DNA of 58,001 bases from Aplysia californica (GCF_000002075.1 NW_004797381.1:80620-138620); one strand, 5' to 3'; counted from the first letter of the stretch, positions 38,401 through 51,402 are shown. Numbers and translations are program-made. The notes: generated by a model from the sequence alone, not told the origin.

Positions 38401-39197
38401 TAGCACTGCCCTGTGGAGGAGGCAGCTTCCTAAATGAGGGCACAATATAAAGTCATGTGACTAACCGTGGTATCTGTGGGAGTCAAGCATCACTTGCATG
38501 TGAGGGTGGACCTGGCTGGCTCCACATTTGGGCAGGACGTCCCAGATGAGGGCGGGATAGAGCGCGTTAGGGTAGTGCTTGTTGGCCTTGGTCAGCCTGT
38601 GGGGACACTTAATCTTCAGTGGGTCTCTTTATTACATTTAAGTTGAGATGTTTCACGTTTTGTTTGCTGCTTTTGTTTTTTGGGTTTTTTCTGGGGGGGG
38701 GGGGGGGGGGGGGGCAGCATTTGATAGAAGTAAAAAGACTAGTTTTTTCTTACCTTCCTAGATCTGAAAAAAATTAATATTGGACTTGAGGGAAAAGCTG
38801 AGTCATAATATACACATATACAACAGTAATATATATACACAAAGACAACAGAATAATCGTTACATTTCATTGGAACCAGATGTAGACAAAAGAAATACAA
38901 TAGTGTCCACCAATCAACATTACTCAGGATAACAACTGAGATTTATGCTATTGCCAGGAGAGGAAAAGTCACTATTTGCACCTTCAGGGATAAAACGAGC
39001 ACTTGTCCTGGAGCAGCACGATAAAATGTTTGTAGTAATGAAGAAAAAAAAAAAGAAACATTTTATAAACTAATAGAAACAAATAGTAGCAAGGGTCATC
39101 CATGGCAGCAAAAGAGGTGAAGTGGGAGATCACTGTACAACATCCATGGCCTGCTCCAGGAATCAAACACTCTGTGTATGTGAGTGAGTGCGAGTGA

Positions 39198-39237
<40 letters not shown>

Positions 39238-42200
39238 TTGTGTGTACATGTGTGAGCATGCTCTTATAAGAGCGCATGTAAAGGGGTGTACATGAGTGTG
39301 TGTGAGTCTCTAAGTATTAGTTTTTTTTAGCACAAGTTTTAAAGCACTTGCAATACAATTATGTAATATAAGCGCTGGAGATTTGAGGTGTTACTAGAGA
39401 GTAACTTACGAAGAAAAGAAGAAGGAAAGATATGGACGATAAATGTTAGATAGGTAAGAAGGCGCAAGCTACAAAAGAGGATCCACCAACCACCCACGTC
39501 TCTAAGAAGGTCAGTATGGTGCATTTCTCATGTGTGTACTTATGCGCGCGACTGTATGTACACATGCAGGCACAAGCAAATAAGTCCTCACACATGGGTG
39601 TACACGCTAGTCCTTGTATTTATTAAGTGATTCTGTAAGCATGCCTATTTCCACAAATGGCTTATGGTAGAGTGGTTAGCATACCCACCATGTCAAAGTG
39701 AGCCCCATCACATCCAAGAATTTCTCCATGTTCCAGTCCAGTGGATTATGTTGTTTCAATGCCACCAGAGCATGGAGTGGATTCATCTTGAAGATATTAG
39801 AGGCGGAGAACGCGTACCTCGATTCGACACGGCCGAATGTGTGCTCAGCAGTGAACCTGAACAAGATAAACTATTACTTCAGTGGGGTGTGATAATAATA
39901 ATAATAACAAAAACAACAACTATAATAATATAACAATTGCATGGCACATATCCCCGCTCAACTGCAAACTCTATGCGTTTTCCACTACATTATTACCCCA
40001 GCAGACCCTAGAACACCCCAAAACATTCTTGGCTTCCCAGGACGCATACAGTGCAAGCAGTTGATTAAGCGCTCAAACACTAACACACTGACAAGATCTT
40101 TTGCTGTCTACAGCCAGGTACCCGTTCTCACCTCAGTGAAGTGAGTACATTTCTTGCTTAGTGCCTTTCCAAGAATACAATATTGGGCCCCTGAGGGGAT
40201 TTGAACCTACGATCTAACGGTTACGAGTCCCAGAGCCTAACCACTAGGTCACTGACACCACATGTGTACACATATTACACGTCTCTGGATTTTTGCATGA
40301 TGGCTGTGATAGTTCTGGCCAGTATCCCCCCATCTTGATCTCGACTATAGTCAAACCATCTGTACCGGCCACCTGTATAAGACAGTAACTTGTACAAACA
40401 GCCACTTCATGTTTCCCCCCAGTGGGTTTTGTTTACATAATGACATCGTGTTAGGCACCCACCTGTCTTAGACAGTCACTTTTCTCCCCGATAATGAGTC
40501 ACCATCTTAGACAGTCACTTTTCTCCCCGATAATGAGTCACCATCTTAGACAATTTTGACTGTATGTATAACACTATTTGCCTTCCTGCAATTACCCATG
40601 TTTCTTTCTCTGGGTTAAAGTTGAAACCGATTCAAGCAGAAATAATATATTCTGAAATAATTTTGTGTGGAAAACTAGGGAGTGTATCATTGCCTCGATG
40701 GCAATGAAAACATCTGATGACCATGTCTATCATTTGTGGCATATCCTTTTCTCAATGAGACTTCACTTCGACCACCACAGCTGATCATTGGTCCGTCATA
40801 ATTAATGTGGAGAAGTAGCTCCAGAGGCCATCTTGTCGAGGCAGGAGTTTACTCTTGTTGATATCCGCTTGTTGAACATCAGACTTCATGGCCAAACCCC
40901 CAATCAAGATGACCTATCTAGTTGATTTAAAAGTAATTTCCATTTTATACTTCAAAAGGATAAAGGACTGCAATATAAAACTCCATATCAACAAAATCAT
41001 TGGGATCCAGATAATGTTACATTGATACAAGCTATACATTCATCCTATCCCCCCACCCCCCCAAAAAAATAAACCCCAAACAAACAGAAAAACATGCTTG
41101 CTTCATTTTTAATCAGTTAAAAAAACATCCCCTTCACACATTTTTATAGATTTAGGCCTACAGGTAATCTTTTATAGTTGAGAAAATATCAAGCAAAACA
41201 AAAGAAATACTTCAACTCACTCTTTAAAGTTACAAAAGTCACAGGATCCAGATGTTTCAGCCAAAATGTCATCCACACTGAAACAAAACAGAATGAATAA
41301 AATATGGTCATCAAAATGTAAGAAACTGAAAGACAGACATAAACAGACAGCCTTTCAAAATGCTGAGTTATCATAAAACCAAGATAAAAATGTTAAAAAA
41401 CTTCTCATAATTAAATCAGAACTTGAGAAAAAGATGTTGAGATGTCTGCAGAAATTCATAATAAGGCCAGAGAATAAGAAAATGTGACTAATGTCGCACT
41501 AGACATCTTCATTAAAAGTAAAAGATTTTCTCTTGTATTCTTGTTATAGAATTCAATGTCAGTCAATTGTGGACTCTCCAAACCAGTGTGCAACTGACTT
41601 TAAAGTGGATGGTATATTGTCTCATGAGACAGAACTAGCCTTGATTTTTCAAGCAGCTGTACGTTGTATCGTACAATACTAATTAATTATATGCACATTT
41701 CAGAGTTTTCAAGTACAGGGTAGAAATTTATGCAGAATTGTTTGGGCAGCTGACCTGGGCAGGCCTGATTTCCTTTGACAATCAACAGATCACATATCTC
41801 AAAAAAACATACAATGCACACAAGGGATCCCTGAAGGTATTGACTTAATCAAGCAGATCACATGCCAGACCTTATCCGTCCTGTGACAATGAGCATGACA
41901 AAATAAAGGCAAAATTAACACTTTGCCCACTGAACATGCCAACACAATCTCAGAATTAAAACATGTACTTTGGTATAAGAAGAAAGCCCTTAATCTCTAG
42001 GCTAAAGAGCCAATAAACAGTTAAGTTTAACTGAAGAAATCTTATAAATTTTATTGCCACACTTTTCATAGAAAGATCACAGAAAGAAAAACTCACTATT
42101 TCTTCTCCGAGATTTCAGGAGGAATTACGGGCCTCTTGTCACGGATAGGGTTGAAGATAGTGTGCTCATGAGTGTAGTGATTGACGACATGAATCACATC

Positions 42201-45200
42201 CTGTGCACATAAAATGAAACTTTTCTCAGAACTGAGACAATTCATAAGTTTGTTCTGAAAGGGGTTAATCATCAGAAGCAGATTTAAACAGAAATCTATA
42301 TTCCAGAATGACAATTCTTAAACACCGATTTTTCACCAATTAGTAGAGGTTTTATGGCGCTCGCAACAGCATAAGGTCATATGAGCGCCAAGGGGTGGAT
42401 GTCAACAGAGAAGTCCAAACAGGGAATCAGGCTAACCCTGCTCACCTCTCTAGCCTCAACAGCACAAAGTCTGCTTCAACTATCAGGGCACCCCGGAAAC
42501 AGCAGTTCACAAGAGAGCAACAAACATGATACAAAAGAAGTAGAGGAAAAATGACGATAGTAAGGATGAGGAAAGAAAAAAGCAGTTTCCCCTATGTTGT
42601 TCCGGTACAGTATGAGCATGACATTGATAAATCAGCCCATTTACAATTCTATTGTGCACAAGAACATGTTAATATCACCTCATTGGGAATGGCCTAAAGA
42701 CACTTCAGTGAGTGACACTGCCCTGGGGTACGGAAGGGTGTGTGTGTAAGACTTTTACGGCACTTGCAACACAATAAGGTCGTGCTGTAGATTAGAGCCC
42801 TTACACGCGAGAAAAAAATACAAAAAAGAAAGAGGAGAGATGAGGATGATAGATGTTTGATAGACAAGAAGGAGTAAACCACGCCAGTGCACCTGCCAAC
42901 CACCCACAAATTGTTGAATGAAGCAGAATTGTAGTCAGTAGCAAACCATGGGGACGGTGGCCAAATTTTGTCACAGGATACAAGTTAAGACAAAAACAAA
43001 ACTAAACAAAAGTTAAAGATGTACACGGCAAAAAAGCCCTCCCCCCGAAAAAAAAAAGACAATTTTTGTTATGATCTTATGATCNNNNNNNNNNNNNNNN
43101 NNNNNNNNNNNNNNNNNNNNNNNNNNNNNNNNNNNNNNNNNNNNNNNNNNNNNNNNNNNNNNNNNNNNNNNNNNNNNNNNNNNNGGGGGGGGGGTTGGGA
43201 GTTGTTAGGAAAGAAAAGATATTTTTGTGATCATGTGGAACACAAAGCGTAACCCATGCACGGCTGATAGGACAAGGACAAAAATAAACGAAAAAAGGTA
43301 CTTGAAGGGATCTCTTGCCTAACAAAGACAATGACAATCTTTCTTCATCTCGCAGGGAGAAATTTGTCTTGGTCGTTTACACTGGCAGTGGGTGTTACAA
43401 AGACCACGAGCACCCATGCATGCACACAACAAGACAGGTAATTAAATACATGAATTACGTGCTGAAACACCTCTGCTCTGTAAACATTTTCTCTCTCTCT
43501 CTCCGTGGAGGTGTTAGCTGGAGGTTGGGAGATAGTTCGGGGAGGGGGTGCGTGACAATAAGTGTAGGTTGGGTGAAAAGTGTTGGTGAAAAGAATGAAA
43601 GATGGATGACTACACTCGGGACAGAAAGATATAAACACATTACAATGAGTGGTCCTTTTATCTCTCACTTACATAAAAATATTTACCAACCAATAGAAAC
43701 AAAGGGAAAAGGAAAGAAAAAACAAGATTTTATAGATTGCCAAAAGCCTAGACTTTGTGTACAAACACAAGAAGTATTGTGTTGACAAGTCCTCTCCTGA
43801 TAAGAAATAAACTACCAAATGTTTGAACAAAGAATGAAGCTCTCCTAAAGAGTTTGAAATGAGGCCAAGAGATAACCACAATGCGTGCACATAGCAGAAT
43901 ATCCCAAATACAATACATTAGTGACACAAACAGAATCTTTTAGTTTTATTAGGAGTTTTCGGCACTTGCAACACAATAGCGTCATATAAGTGCCAAAGAC
44001 TAGAGGTGTTACAAGAGAGTAACAAACACAAAAAAGAAGGAGGGGAGACCCAAAGCTAAAAGTATAGTAAAAGAAGCCACAGCTTAAAGTGAGTCTACAA
44101 AATAACATGTACATGACAATGAGCAAAAAGGAAAAAAGGTTTAAACTAAAAAAAAAAAGTAGATAGAGCAGACTGCACGAAAGTATGCATTGACCATCCA
44201 TTCACAGGTTACGAAAAGGAGAAAAAATCAACTGCAAACAACAATATAACAGCATAAACAGGTGGCAACGATTTTCATTAACTGCTGCAATACAACAGGA
44301 ATAAATGCACTGTTACATCAATACCCAAGAAGTATATCCTGTGATCACAATGAGCAAAAAAAATATGAACTAATTACACAAAGAAATCTGACATACACAT
44401 ATATTAAGCAAAAGATTTTTTATATATATAAACAATAACCCTGGAAAATCCATCATACACACAAACAAACCAACTTACCTGGTTGTACACTTGCTGGAAA
44501 AGTGCTTCATCGTTTCCCAGCCACTTTCTCACTTTACGCTGGAACGGTTTTGGAATCTTCAATGAAGCATGTTCTCCCTCCAGTGCAAACACAGCACTGA
44601 ATTTTTGGAACAGTTCTCTGTAACATTACAAGTACAAATTGTGGTATGAATAGCTCCTTCGGGTCAAAGACAAACCGCAATGACACAATCCCAGTCAAAA
44701 TTCTCTAAGACGGCCGCCCAACGTCGAAGAGAAAAGAGGTGGTTTCAAATAGGTGCATGATGTCTCGAACAGTGTCATTGTGGAAAAAAAAAAGCAAAGG
44801 GAGGGGAGTCAAGAAGTTGTTGTCTAAGTGGTTGTCTTGGACAGGTGGCTGTTTGAGCAGGTTTGATTGTCCTTGAAGTGTCTGTGAGTCGGCATGAAAT
44901 GCCTGAGAATGAAATGCCTGTGAGAAATATTCAAGCATCCCTAAGTCATCTTGGGTACATGATGTCAATCACTTTAAAGGAAATATGAGTCAGTTTCAAG
45001 CACCACTGAATCATCATTAAGAGCCTGCAAATCACCTTTACAAGGCGAGGAGTCATTTTCTGGAGTATTTTAAAATCATCTTAAATCTTTTGGACATAAC
45101 TCTGTTATAATGAAAAGATAAACCCAGCAAGCATGTCTCTCAGCACACAACCCAGTCTAGGAATATTTCTGCAACCTACAGAGCTGCGTAAGTTAAAAGA

Positions 45201-47046
45201 AACATTGAAGTCACATTCTTAGTCATTCTAAAAAGAGCAAATTTTCAGTTTTCCCTTACCTGCACAGGAGATCTCTAGTGTCTGCCCACTCCTTTCGAAG
45301 GGTTACCAGACCTGTGATGCTGAAGTCAGTCTGCTTGACACAGCGCTTGCTGAAATATTCCTGACACAATGAAGTAGGAGGGTTAATATTTGTGTCTGTT
45401 TATTAACTGAGATTTACACAAATATGTCTAGTCGTCAATGGGGGATCTGAAATCTGACTAATAAAACCATTACNNNNNNNNNNNNNNNNNNNNNNNNNNN
45501 NNNNNNNNNNNNNNNNNNNNNNNNNNNNNNNNNNNNNNNNNNNNNNNNNNNNNNNNNNNNNNNNNNNNNNNNNCCTCAACTAAATACATATTATATCTTG
45601 GTAAAATAATCAGGAGCATGAGACAAAAAAAAAGGGTTGTAAAATATTAAAACTTACAAGACAATTTTGGTACAAAAAGAAGTAGGAGAAGACAAAAGGG
45701 AGCAGTGTTTTTTCTAGAACCTGACCAACAGAACAGGAATAGAAGAATAGAGCAGTAGGCTAAGTACAACACACAGAAATACCTGAAAGGGGAGGGCCAT
45801 CACAGTGATTATGGGTGAAAGAACAGGGAAATTTTATTTTAACAGAGAAACAAATTTTAAGAGTATTTAACATCGTTGAACTTGCTCTAATGGCCATTTG
45901 TATAGGACAATCGAATGGAAAAATGACCACTACCCACTTCTCCACTTGCGCCTTTTTTATATTATAATGACATTGTCCAGGACATCCTCCTGTCTAAGGC
46001 AACCTCTCTTCTCCTCAGCAATGGATGGATGTCTTGGACAGTTTCAACTGTAATAATTTTTTTCAGATTAATGTGAACTATTGATAAACGCCACATCAGC
46101 ACATCTGATCTTTCTTTAAAATAAGCAGAGATGTATTCTATTTTTAAAAAAATATATACACATATCTTGACAGTGCTACTTTCAGCCAGCTCCCACACAT
46201 CACTTCTATCTGACAATTCAAGGATGTATTCTACCCATGAGCCTATAACTTACAACAAGTAGAAGAATTCTCATCTCCGGGGTGGATTTTTGTTTCATGA
46301 AGGGAATTCAAACTGACAAACGAATGTGAATGATTCATGCAAAATGTGACTCATTTCATTTTATGAAAACTATCAATATAATATTCCTTGGACGTTCTTA
46401 ACCCTTTCCCCAGTGATTGGGTGTAATCCACTGGAGTTTAATGTTTGCGAATCTATTAAAACTTCACTCAATCATCAACTTAACCCCTCTAAACATCATA
46501 TTAACGCAAAATGTTTGAATTGTCAAAATGATGCAAGCACTTGTTGATCAAAATGTTTTTAAACGTATCCCGAGTGACTGGGTCTTTTACACATGTACAC
46601 GTTTTACAGAGCAAGCAGACAGCAGGAGATTTAAAAAATACTCTGTGAAGACTTAATTATCCATTCATTGCTTTAGATTTAAAAGAAAATAGATAATTCA
46701 TGAGGCTTTGAAAATCACTTCCACGGTCAATGAGTTTAAAGAGTATACTGACAGAGAGGAAAAAATACACACACAAAAAAGGAAAAGGATAAACAGCACT
46801 CACTCTGTCCATTCCTGGCTTTGGGTCAAATGTCTGCCAGACAGAGTATCCTTGTTTGTGACGAGACTTCTGTAGTAGTCTACTGCCATCAGAAACATTT
46901 CGTCTTAAACCACCACTACTAATACTTCCAAAGAAATATATAATGCTCACAACAATGAGTATTCCAAAAACAATCACAACATGTTTTTTCCACTTGAGGC
47001 CCATAGTTACCAAAGGAGGTTTGTTCCTTTCAAAGTTCAATTTCAT
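29470..47046 (-). CDS. Uncharacterised type II membrane protein with GalT-type HIT-superfamily nucleotidyltransferase/phosphorylase domain; 12 coding exons, 465 aa (451 aa from the second Met at 47004)
   Basis: Exons (minus strand): 47046-46804, 45360-45260, 44617-44479, 42200-42097, 41277-41221, 39856-39689, 38596-38466, 34183-34044, 32880-32796, 31480-31422, 30322-30224, 29541-29470. All junctions are GT-AG and the 1398 nt form one open frame ending ...DPYKTIQFVRNSIDKRK*. A basic N-tail and TM (KWKKHVVIVFGILIVVSIIYFFG) precede CDFC, SNIFKMNPLHAL and WDVLPKCGASQVHPHMQ. Confidence 0.88.
30946..31191. mobile_element. Probable MITE / inverted repeat
   Basis: TGCTGACGAAATGAGTTACTTCTC (30959-30982) versus GAGAAGTAACTCATTTTGTCAGCA (31155-31178). 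Confidence 0.5.
34431..34856. mobile_element. MITE family copy 2
   Basis: Same TIRs and interior as 14722-15153. Confidence 0.85.
36236..37974. mobile_element. hAT-type non-autonomous element
   Basis: Termini CAGAGCTG...CAGCTCTG; perfect 8-bp TSD CCTGTTTC (36228-36235 and 37975-37982); dense subterminal AAGTAC/GAGTAC repeats at both ends. Confidence 0.85.
38042..38415 (-). repeat. Family B repeat, copy 3
   Basis: Colinear with 42343-42730. Confidence 0.8.
39930..40260 (-). mobile_element. CORE-like tRNA SINE; related head at about 4200-4415, partial body at about 33820-34000
   Basis: Minus-strand head GACCTAGTGGTTAGGCTCTGGGACTCG...GGTTCAAATCC, a CORE-like TTGGAAAGGCACT segment and an (ATT)n tail. 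Confidence 0.6.
40348..40562. mobile_element. Tc1/pogo-type MITE with an internal 39-bp tandem duplication
   Basis: TA|TAGTCAAACC...TTTTGACTG|TA. GACAGTCACTTTTCTCCCCGATAATGAGTCACCATCTTA occurs twice in tandem. Confidence 0.55.
42343..42730 (-). repeat. Family B repeat, copy 4
   Basis: Colinear with 24178-24570. Confidence 0.8.
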
Positions 47047-47254
47047 TTTCGCATCAAATATGTGTCAAAATGTGCTGTAATAACTTTCTCTTGTCAAAAC
47101 CTATGAAGAAAAATATAAAATGGAAAAGTCAAAGTAATTCAATTTCCTGGAAAAGAAAAAATAGTCTCAAAATTAGTTGAAATCAAGCTAAGATATCATG
47201 AGCCATGCAATAATAATATTGTCGCATATCCGCAGCAATGCTATTAATATAAAA

Positions 47255-47575
47255 CCCTTTGAGCCCTGACATCCTCAGGCTACCATGCCCCTCTGCCAGA
47301 GCTCCTGGGCGTTATATTATTAACATTCATGATAGGATCGTCAGAATCACATTCCATATCCCACTCAGAGTAGTCCTTGTCATTATCAGCATCTAATTCA
47401 GAAAGATCTTCAAAATAATCACTAATGTCTTGTATAAAGGCACTGTCTTTTGTACCCATTTTGTCTCGGGCGAGCAGGTTGGGAATATAGAGTCTCGCTC
47501 ACTGCTGTACCCAGTGGCTAGGCATACAGGCAGCTTTACGCGCCATCGGTGGACCCTTGGCAAGGGCTCAAAGGG
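47255..47575. mobile_element. piggyBac-like non-autonomous element
   Basis: TIR CCCTTTGAGCCC...GGGCTCAAAGGG followed by TTAA on the right (left TSD degenerate). The interior encodes an Asp/Glu-rich stretch on the minus strand. Confidence 0.6.
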
Positions 47576-47629
47576 TTAAAATAGAACTTTTTTTTTCCCA
47601 TCTAAAGTAGATTCGGCAAACATTACATA

Positions 47630-49844
47630 GAGTAGCCGCGGTGTTGCGCAATAGGGGGGTCTGCGCGACAACCCTGTGGTATGAACCAATTTAAACATGC
47701 TAGAGAGTTCCCGCGTTTATCAACATCCGGCAGCACCCTTTCCTGTAGCATGAGATTATTTGCAGGGCGCTGTGGTTGCTTATAGCTCGTACACAGAGGC
47801 AAATTATTTCCAGGCTTGCTGATTATGTATTCTAACAGTACATCGGCCTGTAGTTGTAAGGCTGTCAATGCATTTTATGACGATGTGTATACTTGCACTA
47901 CACACAGAGCAGCGTGTTGTGCGTATAGCATCAGTATTAAGCGAAGCACGGAGCCGCTCAGCCTCTCTGTGGGGATGGATGGGGGTTGGTGCGCAGTGCC
48001 GCCATGGCGTCTGGTAAGGCGGGGTTTCGCGTCACAGACTTCTGCAGCGAGAACGGGGCAATATTATATTGCATCAAGGCCCACACCAGCCACTTGACAC
48101 AGCCTCTGGACTAGGTGTTTTTCGGGGCCATTATTAAGCCAGCGTGGCAAGAGGGGGTAAGGAAGTTTGTGAGGGACACCTCGGAATCCCTCACACTGAC
48201 GACGTTTGCCGGCATCCTGAATTGAAGGCCTGGATAACAGCAGCTCGGCTAAAAACGGCCCTGAGGGGATTCAACAAGTCAGGGTCGTTTCCCTACAACC
48301 CTGACGTTGTCCTCACAAGTGACAAGCTGAACCCAGCTGCACCTTCACAGGGTCCCCTGTCCCAACCCTCCACTTGTCATCCAACTCGTCTGCCTCTGCC
48401 CCATCCGCTTCTTCTGCCTCTGAACCATCCACGACGTCACAAACTCGCCGTCACCGACTCAAAGAAATATTCTCCATGAACTTTAAGCTTGGGGAGGAGA
48501 AGGTGGACCTGTACCTCAAAAGGTATGACAATGGATACGATCTCAAGATCGAACCCGACTACAACATGTGGTCCAGCTCCTCCGCTCCCCCAGCCATCAG
48601 CAAGAGCCCTGGAACCTCAGCACCCCTCCGGGGAGATGACTATCCACAAAGTGCTCACTTTTCCGTCCTGTTCCAAGAACAAGGCCGTTAGAAGGCCCCA
48701 GCCAACAGTGCCCCGGTCCATCAGTGGAAAAATGTCTATAAAGAGATGATACTCACGAAGAAGAGGAAGGCGGAAGAAGAACAACAGCAGAAGGAAGAGA
48801 GAAAGAAGCAAAGGGAGCAGAGAAAGATGGAACGGCTAGCACAAGCTGAAGACTAGAAAGAAAGCCAAAAAGAGAAGAAAAAACAAAGAGAGCAGGCATA
48901 GAAGGAGAAAAAGGAGGAGAAGAAAAGGAGAATTCAAAAGAAGGAAATGAATGCTTTGGTTGTGGCCTCACAGAAGAAGAAAGAGGAGGAAGATTCCTCT
49001 GACTCAGGTGAAGAGCCGGTGTATGACGACAGCTACGACAATTGTGGGGACATTACGGTCGACTGTGCTGGGTGTGGAGCCACCACCGCAGGACAGGTAG
49101 TGCTCACCCAGTGCATGCTTTGTGACAAGTGGTGGCACGCCAACTGTGTCAAACAGATGGACCTGAAGGACAAGACTCAGGAAGACATGGATGCCATGGA
49201 CATCTAGCTCTTTTGCTGTGCTGACTAATCTCTCCTTCCCAATTTGTTTCATACAAACAGTGTAAACAATATCTTTGTTTATCCATGTGCAATTAGATCC
49301 ACATGTCTCTACTTTGCTGTTCTTATATAATTTAATTCATGGTTTTCAGAGTTATCTAGACTCACTAATAGATTACTGTTTCCCTTTAAGTGTTGGCTTC
49401 AGTTATTTTTTGTTTTTTTTTCTCTTTTGGCTATGCATAAAAACTGAGTATCTTTTGTAACTCTTAACTCTTGTGCAATTTGTAAGAATATTTCCTGATT
49501 TATGATTAGAAAATCATACGTTAGCCTATAAGATTCATAATAAGAAGTTATTAGGACATGTTGCAAGACCCGCCCTATCCTAGCGCGCAGCCCCTCCATA
49601 AAACGCGCCACCCTCAAGCAGGAACGCGCACCCCCGCTCATTGTCGCACACACCCGCCCTCACTTTGCCTCACAAATACCACTACTGAGGGAGAGAGGCA
49701 AACAAAGCAGGCCATGCGCGCTGGGCCGACGATAGCAGACGAAATTTGCTTCTCATCAGTTATTGTGCGGTTACCTCCCCTTTCACCGGGCACTCGCAAG
49801 GTCACTTTTTATGCTTAGGGTAGCGCAGACTACCCCCTCTACTC
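47630..49844 (+). mobile_element. pogo/Tigger-like (DDE_1) DNA transposon remnant with C-terminal PHD-like finger
   Basis: Ends TA|GAGTAG...CTACTC|TA with imperfect TIRs. Decayed coding sequence: AHTSHLTQPLD..FGPL (about 48078-48133), KAW...GFNKSGSFPYNP, a Lys/Glu-rich tract and CAGC...QCMLCDKWWHANCV (49063-49150). Confidence 0.75.
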
Positions 49845-50199
49845 TAAAGATTTTTTAATACTGTAGATTATAAATTATTCTACACTCTATTTCTAATCCT
49901 ACATATATACCACCAAAAAATGCTTTAAAAGTTACTTTAACTAACAAATTGGGGGGTAGGGAATGATAGAATATTCAAAGAATAACATTCTACTCATGGT
50001 GGTATCCAGTCCAGACAAACTGAGTGTTCTTACAGTTAAGTTTTTAAAGTTTAGGGCTGGACATAGGGTTAAAGAAGCATCACCATCAGGCACTCCACTT
50101 GGCACTATCCATCGGTTCTTACAAGACAGTCTTACAGTCATCAGAACCAGATTTGTCATGCAGACTGAGAATGAAATGTGAGGGATTGTGGTGAAATTA

Positions 50200-50610
50200 T
50201 GCGCTCGTCAAAATAATGGAATTGAAGAAACAGGCACTTTTCCACCAGTTTGGCAATTTTTATCAAATTTTGTTTTTGGCTCAATACCTTTCGTGTCTAT
50301 ATATAAAAACACACCTTTCCATGTGAATTTCACTGAAAAAAGGTGATTAAAAGGCACAAAATAAGTACAATTTTATCGTTTTCAGGGAATCTGAAGCTAT
50401 TAAAATTGTCAAACTTTGGCGGCCATTTTCTCGCTAATTTTGCCACTGAAACCAGGCGACCCCCCCTTCAATCTCAAATATCTTGACTTCTATTCAAGAT
50501 AGATGGGTATAATTTCTTTTATCAAAATCAACACAAATAGGCAAGCTTCAGGACGATACCAAATGTTATAACATGCCCAAAAATTGACGAGCGCCTGATT
50601 CAACTACGTC
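50200..50610. mobile_element. MITE family copy 3 (inverted, diverged)
   Basis: Reverse-complement similarity to 14722-15153 (TTTGGCGGCCATTTT, TTGACTT.TATTCAAGATA, AAATTGACGAGCGCCTGATT). Confidence 0.65.
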
Positions 50611-50627
50611 ATGACACAAATGATACA

Positions 50628-51078
50628 CAGTGACTACGTTCACGGCATCCTGAATGTAGTTTGTAATTTAAGAATGATCTTGCTCACTTAATCCCCTACC
50701 CTTTTCCTTCTTTTTTTTTATCAGCCCCTTCCCATCCCTCTGCCTTCCTTGGCCTTCTTCGATTCTCCTCGAGGGACTTTTATTTTCAAATTATTCTAGC
50801 GTTGCCGGGTCCGCATACGGAAAGAGGATCGCTTGTCGACCACGGCTGTTTTACTGTGCCTGCCTTCCCCCTCCGTAAACCTGTTGCATTCGGACCACCG
50901 CTGCATTATTTTTCATGCGAGTTTCCACCGCTGTTTCCTCATTCACTTTGAGTGGCCGTTGCGTTTCACTTCAGTCAGGACTCTGCCTGCACCAATGAAT
51001 GGTGGATGATTCATGGCATCGTGAACATAGCCTGCAAACTGTGTTCAAGAAATCACGGCACTGTGAACGAAGTCACTG
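50628..51078. mobile_element. Probable MITE
   Basis: Terminal inverted repeat CAGTGACTACGTTCAC / GTGAACGAAGTCACTG; no clear TSD. Confidence 0.5.
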
Positions 51079-51402
51079 CGAAAATAATTATGATCTAGAT
51101 CTAGATATAGATCTATATATTCTAGATTAGATTTCTAACATATCAGGAATTTGGAGATGGAAGAGGCTAACGGCTAGACTGGCAGTCTAGCCGTACTTAT
51201 TCTTAATATGATGGCTAGACTGACCATTTACAAAAAATAGGCCTACTGAATTGTAAATATACATTTTTAGTGTGCAGTACCTAAAGTATTTGTATCTGAG
51301 ACGAAACCAGGTGCCTTAATAATGACAGTGCATGTATTTTAAACGTCCTGTTTTCTAATGTTAATAGGACGGCTAGACTGTCAGGCTAGCCGTACTTAAT
51401 AT

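Noticed and set aside
38466-38596. Calling the minus-strand gene canonical GALT, or bacterial contamination
   Set aside because: Only the HPHxQ and CxxC motifs match GALT. The gene has a TM anchor and 11 spliceosomal introns filled with host repeats.
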